Shown here in pieces: positions 7,775 to 15,645 of a stretch of 64,000 nt of DNA. The stretch is from positions 1 to 64,000 of IMG/VR virus record IMGVR_UViG_3300033121_001789. One strand, given 5' to 3'. Position numbers and translations under genes: made by a program. Under the pieces are notes generated by a model, which searched no databases, was not told where the DNA came from, and saw nothing but the letters and a program-made list of their open reading frames with translations. Origin of the DNA: a virus (taxonomy: Duplodnaviria; Caudoviricetes). Numbering within the stretch: position 1 is the stretch's first letter; the number at the start of each line of letters is the position of its first letter.

Positions 7775-8392
7775 TTATTCTCCAAAAGTTTTAATATAAA
7801 CATCCTCAATTGCCTTAATGCCATCCGATGTTATTTCTCTTGTTCCGACTCCAGCAAAGTTTTGAGTCTCTATTTTAGGAGTATCTTTCAACTCTAAAAA
7901 TGACATAGTAGAATAAGACCATCTAAACCATTTGAGTTTAGTTTGATCAAAAACATAGACATCTTTTTGATTATTAATTCCCATCATACAACAATATCCA
8001 GTCCCACCATCAACAGTTTGAATTTTTGATTTTGAATAATATCCCCTATTAGACTTTTTACCCGGATCAACAATATTACCAATTGCAAATATTTGATTAG
8101 AATACTTAACCTGTGCCCAATTTCTTGCTAAAAAATTCATATACTTATTAATTCCAAATCTATCCATGTGTTTATTGGCTTTGTTAACCTCCACCACACC
8201 TTCTTTAAAATCATCATCACTTATTTCAACCTTATTTGGAGAATTATGAAAATTTGTTTTATAAGAATAGGCTCTTGTTTTTACACCAAATTTTTCACCC
8301 AATTTCTCCCAAACTGTATCTGATCCAACCGCACCACCAGAATGACAAATTATATTTTGCAGGTCAATAGTTATATTAAATATATCAATCAT
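7775..8392 (-). CDS. SLOG/DprA-like Rossmannoid protein
   Basis: CHSGGAVGSD, ARN, GGTG and FAGVGTR motifs. Confidence 0.6.
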   Translation of the reverse strand: MIDIFNITIDLQNIICHSGGAVGSDTVWEKLGEKFGVKTRAYSYKTNFHNSPNKVEISDDDFKEGVVEVNKANKHMDRFGINKYMNFLARNWAQVKYSNQIFAIGNIVDPGKKSNRGYYSKSKIQTVDGGTGYCCMMGINNQKDVYVFDQTKLKWFRWSYSTMSFLELKDTPKIETQNFAGVGTREITSDGIKAIEDVYIKTFGE

Positions 8393-8631
8393 ATAATTTT
8401 ATTTAATTTAAAATCCCTAACCTCATTTAGTGGCATATTACAATGTAGAATAATATCCCCATCAAATCCATAAATAAATTTTGTTAGTTTGTATTTTTTA
8501 GGCAATCCATTATCAGCAAAAAACTTTTCAAGAATATCATAAGACATATGTTTATTAAAATCTAAGAAAGGTTTCTCACTAACTATTGTTCCAATAACAA
8601 CACCGCAAGATTTTATTTTAATTTCTGTCAT
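8389..8631 (-). CDS. hypothetical protein with the shared C-terminal motif
   Basis: Ends VRDFKLNKII. Confidence 0.7.
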   Translation of the reverse strand: MTEIKIKSCGVVIGTIVSEKPFLDFNKHMSYDILEKFFADNGLPKKYKLTKFIYGFDGDIILHCNMPLNEVRDFKLNKII

Positions 8632-8972
8632 TTTCTAAAAATAATATTTATAGCCTCTTCTCTACGTTTAGCTAAATTACCCGGAAAAGATATTTTCATT
8701 TCATCCCAAAAAATTTGTTTATCAATAAAAGTGCAATTATCAAATTGCCATGAAAAGCTTTTAAATCTATATTCATTATATATATCTTTCTTTTCATCGA
8801 ATGATAGACTATTAAACCAATATTTATCAGGCACCAATTTAGAAAATTTTTCTAGTATTCCCTTATATTGTCTACGTTCTTGGCGAGCTGACGACTGACC
8901 ATCATTTATCCGAGATAATCTCTGGCCATTTTTATTAGCCATCAAAAGTGTTTTTTTGTCTTGATATCTCAT
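8628..8972 (-). CDS. hypothetical protein with the shared C-terminal motif
   Basis: Ends RREEAINIIFRK; ATGA overlaps with neighbours. Confidence 0.7.
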   Translation of the reverse strand: MRYQDKKTLLMANKNGQRLSRINDGQSSARQERRQYKGILEKFSKLVPDKYWFNSLSFDEKKDIYNEYRFKSFSWQFDNCTFIDKQIFWDEMKISFPGNLAKRREEAINIIFRK

Positions 8973-9829
8973 ATCGAATATTTTAAACCATCAACAACCC
9001 AAATACCTAATTTTCCATCGTTTCTAAAATATAGATCTCGAATGTCTAATTTTTCCTTTGTGATATACTGCTTTAATTTCAAATAGAATAACTGACCATT
9101 AACAGATACCATTTCTTTATAAAGGATGTTTCCATTTATATCATAAATACTATCAATTCGAAAATCTTCAATTCTTTCAACTGAAAATAATTTTATTCTA
9201 AACTTAGATTGATCAATAATGTTATATACATCTTTGATATCATCAAAGGAATTAAATTTTATAATAACCTCATCATTTTTAACGCATTCAATATTATAAT
9301 TATCATCCAACATTCGAACAACTTCTTGAATAATATTTCTCTGTATCTTTTGTTGTTTTTTAGCGTTAATATTACCAAATATAAATTGTCTTAGATATTT
9401 AGAATGAAGGAAAATCTTTGGTAAATTAAATTTATTAAGAAGATCTACATAAGAATCTCCCAATTCATTTAACTGGTCATATTTCTTAATAGAAGTCCAA
9501 TTTGCACTACGAATATCAATAGATAAGTATTTACAATCATCATTATACTTATATGAGTTATTTGTTGGTAAATCTAATAAATTATTATCATAACAAAATT
9601 CTACATAAGCATTGGTAGATTTAATAAAATCTATTATTTCGTTTGTTTTTTTTACCTTATACTCAAGAAAATTATCTATATCTTTATCAGCCTCCTCAAA
9701 TAAACTAACTAATTCTTGAATATTTTTATACTTTTCTGTCTTAGACAATTGATCGATATAATAATCAAAATGATCCCGAACAGGAATATTCAAATCAAAA
9801 AGTTTTGTAAAATCTTTGTTATTTTTCAT
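8969..9829 (-). CDS. hypothetical protein with polymerase-palm-like motifs
   Basis: YLSIDIRSANW (motif A-like) and VKNDEVII (motif C-like). Confidence 0.45.
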   Translation of the reverse strand: MKNNKDFTKLFDLNIPVRDHFDYYIDQLSKTEKYKNIQELVSLFEEADKDIDNFLEYKVKKTNEIIDFIKSTNAYVEFCYDNNLLDLPTNNSYKYNDDCKYLSIDIRSANWTSIKKYDQLNELGDSYVDLLNKFNLPKIFLHSKYLRQFIFGNINAKKQQKIQRNIIQEVVRMLDDNYNIECVKNDEVIIKFNSFDDIKDVYNIIDQSKFRIKLFSVERIEDFRIDSIYDINGNILYKEMVSVNGQLFYLKLKQYITKEKLDIRDLYFRNDGKLGIWVVDGLKYSI

Positions 9830-9983
9830 CTATAATACTATTAATTCTTGAGTCTCTAATTTTTATAACTATATCATTAATATCATCAGGAATACTATTT
9901 TTCAATTCATCCAATACATTATTTCTAATAGAAAATTGCACCAATTCTACTAGCAAATTTTGCTCAAATTCATCATAATCCAT
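9819..9983 (-). CDS. 54-aa protein with the shared C-terminal motif (not in ORF track)
   Basis: MDYDEFEQNLL...KIRDSRINSIIDEK*. Confidence 0.65.
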   Translation of the reverse strand: MDYDEFEQNLLVELVQFSIRNNVLDELKNSIPDDINDIVIKIRDSRINSIIDEK

Positions 9984-10056
9984 TAGGTCCATCTATCTTT
10001 TTGTTTTTTTCTTCTATGAAACCCAGTATTGTTTTTTCTATCTCCTTTTGAAAAAA

Positions 10057-10263
10057 TTAAACCATCCATCTTAGAAAAAACAGATTTAATAAATATTGAT
10101 GTGCATCTCCAATTATAACCTTATCGTTTGGAAATTGGTTTGTATAAACCTTTGCAATATGTTCATTGTATTCTACTGCGGTAATTTCGTAATCATCACC
10201 CCATAACTTTCTATTACCACCAATTCCAGCGTATAGATTTAATATTTTCTTTTCCTCGCTCAT
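10057..10263 (-). pseudogene. truncated C5-cytosine DNA methyltransferase
   Basis: KILNLYAGIGGNRKLW...AVE...GDAHQYLL, then ends before the PC catalytic motif. Confidence 0.75.
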
Positions 10264-10324
10264 TTTAATAAAAATTTTGTTTTGTGTTTCAATTCAAGTT
10301 TATCGTTTAATCAACCGTGCCAGC

Positions 10325-10423
10325 GTATAACAGCGGGTTTGTGCTATTTGCCCCATTAAGTTTGTCGTTAAATTGAAGCATTGTGCAAGGGGCAAACAGA
10401 CACAAAGCCGCAAAACGTTATCG
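10325..10423 (+). repeat. attC-like recombination site 1
   Basis: GTATAAC...GCGGGTTTGTGCTATTTGCCCC / GGGGCAAACAGACACAAAGCCGC...GTTATCG imperfect hairpin. Confidence 0.75.
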
Positions 10424-11116
10424 GCAAGCGTAAGACGACCACTGCACAGCCATAGCCTTTGCAATTCCCTCAAATGTCTTACTTCTAATTTTGGAAACTT
10501 CCTTTAAATTGCCTTTGCCTTGCTTTAGAGTTTCAGCATACCAAGATGAAACTACCTTCCCTAAATTTGCTCTTTTATTATCAGGTTCTACAATGTTTGT
10601 AGGCTCTAATTTTGGCAATCCTTTTAACCATAAGCAAGTCTTTTTATTTACACTATGCCCATATTCATAAGGTTTTATTATTTGGTCAGGTTTTCGCCAT
10701 CCAGTGTTTAAATATCCAACAGGATTTTCTATTGCAATCAATGGGCAATCGTTATTGTAAATCATTTGAGCAAATTCCATTGCTTCATCTCTTAATCTTA
10801 ATCGGTTTGCCCTATATTCATCAGTAGCACCTTTTCGTGTCAAATTACACATACCTGCATTAGTCAAATAAGTGCAAGGGGGGAAGGCAATTATCATATC
10901 CCACTTTAGCTTTAGTAATTCAGTTACATCGTGCTGTAAATGCCATTCAGGGTGTCCACCACTTTCAGGTAATAAATCACAGCTAAATGCTTCGTGTCCT
11001 AATTTGCGTAATTCCTTTGTAACCGCTTGACTTTCCTCACAAGCAACAAGCACTCGGAGAACGCCAGCCGATAACACGGGTTTGGCAAAATGGCTGTTTA
11101 GTTCTTCTATCAACAT
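10418..11116 (-). CDS. phage-type DNA cytosine methyltransferase
   Basis: VLVACEESQ, FSCDL, IAFPPCTYL (PC motif), IENPVG, KKTCLWLKGLP, RSKTFEGIA.AMA.QW. Confidence 0.8.
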   Translation of the reverse strand: MLIEELNSHFAKPVLSAGVLRVLVACEESQAVTKELRKLGHEAFSCDLLPESGGHPEWHLQHDVTELLKLKWDMIIAFPPCTYLTNAGMCNLTRKGATDEYRANRLRLRDEAMEFAQMIYNNDCPLIAIENPVGYLNTGWRKPDQIIKPYEYGHSVNKKTCLWLKGLPKLEPTNIVEPDNKRANLGKVVSSWYAETLKQGKGNLKEVSKIRSKTFEGIAKAMAVQWSSYACR

Positions 11117-11187
11117 TTGTTCTTAATTTTAAAGTTTAGTAATTCTATTTATCTTCGGGTTCAGCCACTTCGCCAAGCCCGAAACCG
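10418..11187 (+). mobile_element. integron-like gene cassette carrying an antisense-oriented methyltransferase gene
   Basis: Left boundary G|TTATCGGC (10417-10425) is the exact reverse complement of GCCGATAAC (11067-11075), which opens the cassette's own attC-like site; visibly higher GC than flanks. Confidence 0.75.
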
Positions 11188-11193
11188 TTAGCA
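11069..11193 (+). repeat. attC-like recombination site 2
   Basis: CGATAAC-ACGGGTTTGGCAAAATGGCTG ... CAGCCACTTCGCCAAGCCCG-AAACC-GTTAGCA. Confidence 0.8.
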
Positions 11194-11199
11194 GTAATA

Positions 11200-11970
11200 C
11201 TACATTCCATCTCCGAATGAAGTTATTATGTTAAATTCTTTTTCTTTTCTTTTTTCTTCCACCCTCTTTAAAGAAATATTAAAATAATCCATATTATTCT
11301 CAATTCCGATAAAGTTTCGGTTTGTGTTTATACAAGCAATTCCTGTGGTGCAACTTCCAAAAGTATTATCCAACACTATGTCATTTTCGTTACTATATCC
11401 GTTTACAATCCATTCCAAAAGTTCAACAGGTTTTTGAGTTGGGTGTAATTGGTCTTGCCTTCTCCATTTTTGAGCAAAGTTTAATATCGTGTTTGGGTGT
11501 CTTTTACCATCAACACTACCATACAAATAATTGTCTTTTGCACCATACTCCATATTGTTTACCCCCTTTTTACTATTTCTTTTGTATGGTGTTCCTTCTA
11601 CCATTTGTGGTTTGTAGTATGATGCACTCTTACCAAAAACTAAAATCAGTTCGTGCTTTTTAAGTGGCATATATTTAGCAGTTAATGGGCTTCCACATTT
11701 GCTTTTCGCCCAAACCATTTCATACCTAAATAGTTTTTCATTGCTCAATGCTAATTTAAAAGCAAACATTCCAACACCAAATAAAAGTATGTTTCCTTTT
11801 TTTGCTAAAATTCGTTGATATTGTTCCCAAAGTTCATCAAGTGGTATCAGGCAATCCCATTTATTTGCTGTAATGCCAAAAGGTAAATCCGCACAAATAA
11901 GATTAATACTTTTATCAGGTATCAATTTCATTTGGTCTATTGTATCTCCGTATCTTAAATCTATTGTCAT
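11200..11970 (-). CDS. N4/N6 DNA methyltransferase (beta class)
   Basis: ADLPFG (DPPY-like), HPTQKPVELL, VLDNTFGSCTTG, FIGIE. Confidence 0.9.
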   Translation of the reverse strand: MTIDLRYGDTIDQMKLIPDKSINLICADLPFGITANKWDCLIPLDELWEQYQRILAKKGNILLFGVGMFAFKLALSNEKLFRYEMVWAKSKCGSPLTAKYMPLKKHELILVFGKSASYYKPQMVEGTPYKRNSKKGVNNMEYGAKDNYLYGSVDGKRHPNTILNFAQKWRRQDQLHPTQKPVELLEWIVNGYSNENDIVLDNTFGSCTTGIACINTNRNFIGIENNMDYFNISLKRVEEKRKEKEFNIITSFGDGM

Positions 11971-12472
11971 AATTTTATTTTAATATTTTCCCAATATTTT
12001 TTCAATCCAAATAGAAAAAATATTTGGCTTTTTATCAATATTAAGTAAGTAATCTAATTTACTTGCACCGGATTCGGTTAATTTACCAGTGTTTTTTTCC
12101 GAAAAAATCGATTGCAACCTATCATAAGGTTTTAATTTTAAATCTTCATTTTCCATTTTCTACAATTTTTAAAAATATAGTTATTAATTCAGCTCTTTGA
12201 TCCTTAGTCAAGTTTGTGTTACAAAAGAAATACTCCAACTTTATTAGTATTTTTTCATCTATTTTATCAGCCAATAAAGAAGCCTCGGTGATATATTTAC
12301 GCATTAAATCTTAATTTAAGTATATTCTTTAATATTAAACATTCTTCATATTTCTCGTTATCTTGAAAGTATTTAAGTAAAAATTCAACAAAATCTTTGC
12401 GATATGGTTTCATATTATCATCAAAATAAAAGCCAGAAACAAGCCTATTGTATGCTATTTCCATAGAATTCA

Positions 12473-13057
12473 TTAGTTCTGATTCTTTTGATATTGTTCT
12501 AAAAATTTTTTCTCATCCTCGTCTAGATTGTTGATACCAACCTCACCAATTCTATCTAGAATATCATCTATTGTGAATGTTTTAGGAGGATCAACTGGAA
12601 AAGCTGGAGGAAATTCAATTCCTGGGTTTATTCTTGATACTGTTTTCCTATCAATAATATTTCCAAATATTTTTACACAATCTCTAATCTCTGTTGAGAA
12701 TTGATTTTCTAATTTTGAGCATATATTTTTAATAATGTTTTTGTCTGCATAATGTGAACCATAAATACATTCATTTTTCTTAAATAATGAAACATCCTTT
12801 TTATCAAAAAAGAATACCATATCAATAACACCAGATGTCAATGTTGTAATCCTAAATGAGATATTATCATTAAATCTTCCTAAGAAGAAAACAGATCTTG
12901 TCCCGATAAGACTTTCTATTTCCAAATAAATATTATTATGTTCATCCCGGATTTTTTGTATCTCTTTTTCAGCTTTCCATTTAGATAATTTTGTAAAAAT
13001 CAAAAGACCAAATAGAATTCCTGATAAAAACGATATAATTGATAAAATTATTAACAT
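12473..13057 (-). CDS. membrane-anchored protein with DUF6576-like C-terminus
   Basis: N-terminal hydrophobic helix; IDDILDRIGEVGINNLDEDEKKFL. Confidence 0.7.
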   Translation of the reverse strand: MLIILSIISFLSGILFGLLIFTKLSKWKAEKEIQKIRDEHNNIYLEIESLIGTRSVFFLGRFNDNISFRITTLTSGVIDMVFFFDKKDVSLFKKNECIYGSHYADKNIIKNICSKLENQFSTEIRDCVKIFGNIIDRKTVSRINPGIEFPPAFPVDPPKTFTIDDILDRIGEVGINNLDEDEKKFLEQYQKNQN

Positions 13058-13087
13058 ATTTTTTTTATTATTATTTATAATTAAAGT

Positions 13088-13564
13088 TTATTTTCTTATT
13101 ATATGGAGTTTATATATTTCAAAAATCCAATAAATAATCAAATATGATGAGTTAAAAATACTAAAAATATCACACAAAAATTGATTTTTTACAAAAAGAG
13201 TAAAAACAATAATCAAAAAACATGGAATTAATGTTACTAAAGCCCATTTTGGCGATTGTAGAATTGCAAATTTCTTGATATTAAATGATATTTTAGATGA
13301 TATTCCTAATTCTGATAATTGATAATCTCTGCGGCAAGATTTACACAGAGCTACCTCACCCTTATTATTAAGGACATTTTTCATTAATCTAATAAGTTCA
13401 TCGATATCAGTTGTTATTTCAGATGAACAATTATAACATTTTATACCAGACTTTTTATCAACAAGATTTTTCATATAATCCTTACCATACTTTCGCTTAT
13501 AAATAAAGTATAAGATAATAACTGGAAATACTAATAGGCTAAGAATAAATTTGAACAACACCAT
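13088..13564 (-). CDS. membrane protein with a CxxC...CxxC motif
   Basis: Three hydrophobic segments; CYNC and CKSC. Confidence 0.65.
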   Translation of the reverse strand: MVLFKFILSLLVFPVIILYFIYKRKYGKDYMKNLVDKKSGIKCYNCSSEITTDIDELIRLMKNVLNNKGEVALCKSCRRDYQLSELGISSKISFNIKKFAILQSPKWALVTLIPCFLIIVFTLFVKNQFLCDIFSIFNSSYLIIYWIFEIYKLHIIRK

Positions 13565-13568
13565 GAAA

Positions 13569-13982
13569 TTACTTATTTAATGACTTAAAGCAAAAAGGAC
13601 CAAATCCAGTTATAATAGAATCAGGATCTGTTAAAGTTTTACCACACTTTCCACACTGACCCTCATGCCATATTTCAATAAAACTCGGCAAAGATTTGTC
13701 ATTCAATTTATTTAAAATATAAGAAAATACTTTAAAACTTTGAGAATTGGAAGAAATTCTAGATTTTTTAGAGTGATAAAAGGATTTATCAATAATAGTT
13801 CCAATAAATTCATAAACATTTGGATTTGTCAAAACCTTGACAAAGAAAATATCTTCCTTTTTATGTTTAGTTACCTTAAATGTAAATCTATTCTGGGATT
13901 GTGAGTTTTTCACAGTAAATAGAGACTTACCAGCTAATACAAAATCTAACGCCTTACTATTATCTATAATATGTCCATTCAT
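13569..13982 (-). CDS. DUF6011-like zinc-finger protein
   Basis: CGKCGKTLTDPDSIITGFGPFC. Confidence 0.75.
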   Translation of the reverse strand: MNGHIIDNSKALDFVLAGKSLFTVKNSQSQNRFTFKVTKHKKEDIFFVKVLTNPNVYEFIGTIIDKSFYHSKKSRISSNSQSFKVFSYILNKLNDKSLPSFIEIWHEGQCGKCGKTLTDPDSIITGFGPFCFKSLNK

Positions 13983-13986
13983 ATTA

Positions 13987-13994
13987 CAAATATA
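13987..13994 (-). promoter_or_regulatory. Bacteroidota-type -7 promoter element
   Basis: TCG-TATATTTG-TAAT-ATG. Confidence 0.6.
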
Positions 13995-14036
13995 CGAAAA
14001 ATATATCGAAAAACAAAGGAAAAAATAAAATATTAT

Positions 14037-14351
14037 TTAACACAATTTTAACATATCCCTAACAATAATGGCGTCCTCATAGTTCTCATCAAAGACATAA
14101 ATATCTAAAACTTCTTCTAAAACTCTTCGTTTAATTTGAATAGGGACCATATCAATAAAAAATGTGTCAAATTCATAAATTCTATCTACTGATATTGAAT
14201 TTTTGGGAGAAGACCAAACCTCATTAATAATGATTTTATCCTCATCTCTAGTTAAAATAAAATCTGGAGACAAATTGTATTGTTCAACAATTTTATTGAA
14301 CTCCAATTCGGAGAACGTCTCATCATCATCAAAATACGACTCAAATACCAT
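14037..14351 (-). CDS. hypothetical protein with UVR-like C-terminal motif
   Basis: ENYEDAIIVRDML. Confidence 0.55.
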   Translation of the reverse strand: MVFESYFDDDETFSELEFNKIVEQYNLSPDFILTRDEDKIIINEVWSSPKNSISVDRIYEFDTFFIDMVPIQIKRRVLEEVLDIYVFDENYEDAIIVRDMLKLC

Positions 14352-14361
14352 AAAATATATA

Positions 14362-15075
14362 TTACATATTAAATTGATATTTTTTCTTTATTATATAATA
14401 TAAAAGAACAGCATCATTTATATCCTCATGTGGTTTTGGTATGTTTTTAATTGATGATATTTCAGACTTTATAGATTTTATATAACTAAACCACGGATCA
14501 GTAATATCATTATTTTCAATAATAGATAGACACATATCATTTTTAGTAAATTTTCCACCTGGCATACCAATTAAATTTCTATATTCATACTCAATTCTTA
14601 CCTTTTTCTTACCGACTGTTTTGACTATTGGTGGATAAGTCAACTTACAAGATTCGAGTTTCAGAGTTGATGGTGAAAAAATAATTATATTCTTTGTCAC
14701 AATATCGTATATTTTTTTTCGTAAAAGTGTTGAAAATGTTACTAAATCTACCAAATCCCCAACCTGTGCTCCAAAATTATAACCCTCAATTGCTACAATT
14801 GTTTCTTCTTTTGTATCTATTAGTCCCAATATATCTGAAATTATTTTATCAGTTATTAAGTCATAATCTTTCAATTTAGTTAATTCTCCAGTAGAATAGT
14901 CGCTAAAATCTCTATAATCGATAAATTCATATTTACAATACTGTTCGGCAGATTTATACCATTTAGATAACCCATTCTTATTGAAAGCATTGGATTCCTT
15001 ACAATAATTTATTATGTGTCCATTAATAACAACAGCGGTTGAAATAAGACTTGGATCAATTCCAATAAAATTCAT
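14362..15075 (-). CDS. RuvC-like Holliday junction resolvase (start moved to MNFIGIDPS)
   Basis: FIGIDPSL, VAIEGY, SPSTLK, DINDA catalytic pattern. Confidence 0.8.
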   Translation of the reverse strand: MNFIGIDPSLISTAVVINGHIINYCKESNAFNKNGLSKWYKSAEQYCKYEFIDYRDFSDYSTGELTKLKDYDLITDKIISDILGLIDTKEETIVAIEGYNFGAQVGDLVDLVTFSTLLRKKIYDIVTKNIIIFSPSTLKLESCKLTYPPIVKTVGKKKVRIEYEYRNLIGMPGGKFTKNDMCLSIIENNDITDPWFSYIKSIKSEISSIKNIPKPHEDINDAVLLYYIIKKKYQFNM

Positions 15076-15132
15076 GCTTTTTATTTTTATATATCTCCTA
15101 AACATGTCTTCATTCGGTTTATATAAAATGTA

Positions 15133-15645
15133 ATGAAGTCCAAAAAAATTGAAAAAATAGTTAAGCGAATTGTTACTTCCATTAGAAATGAAGAACAAAA
15201 AGAAAGATCAGATATGATGGTAAAATCTACAATCGAAGAGCCATCTATGGATTATATGTTTACCGAATCTGATGATCAGTGTAAAAAAAGAATAAGAAAT
15301 TTAGTACCAAGACTTTTATCTCTAAGAGATCAGATAGAGTTTAATCTATTTGAAAGGAGAATGACTTTAGGTTCTAGATATGAACAAAAATATTCTACAA
15401 AAAATTCTAATAAAAATACATATTTTCATATCGAAATATTGAAAGATTCTGGATTTATATTAAATTGCAATGAAAGAAAAATTTTCATGAAAGATACTTC
15501 ACTATTTGATGATATCAAACCAAAAGTTAAAGAAATTTTTGATAAAATCAATCAAGAAAATTTTAATGAGTTGTATAATATTGTAATGGTCGATAATGGA
15601 CTATCAAGAGAATCTAATTTGGATGAAATTCTTAACGCTTTTTAA
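15133..15645 (+). CDS. hypothetical protein with the shared C-terminal motif
   Basis: Ends SRESNLDEILNAF; preceded by AAACAT-N16-TATAAA at 15100-15127. Confidence 0.7.
   Translation: MKSKKIEKIVKRIVTSIRNEEQKERSDMMVKSTIEEPSMDYMFTESDDQCKKRIRNLVPRLLSLRDQIEFNLFERRMTLGSRYEQKYSTKNSNKNTYFHIEILKDSGFILNCNERKIFMKDTSLFDDIKPKVKEIFDKINQENFNELYNIVMVDNGLSRESNLDEILNAF

Noticed and set aside
11970-12470. A third attC closing the 11200-11970 MTase unit
   Set aside because: No TGCTAAC-type partner or GC-rich hairpin was found; the region holds three short minus-strand ORFs instead.
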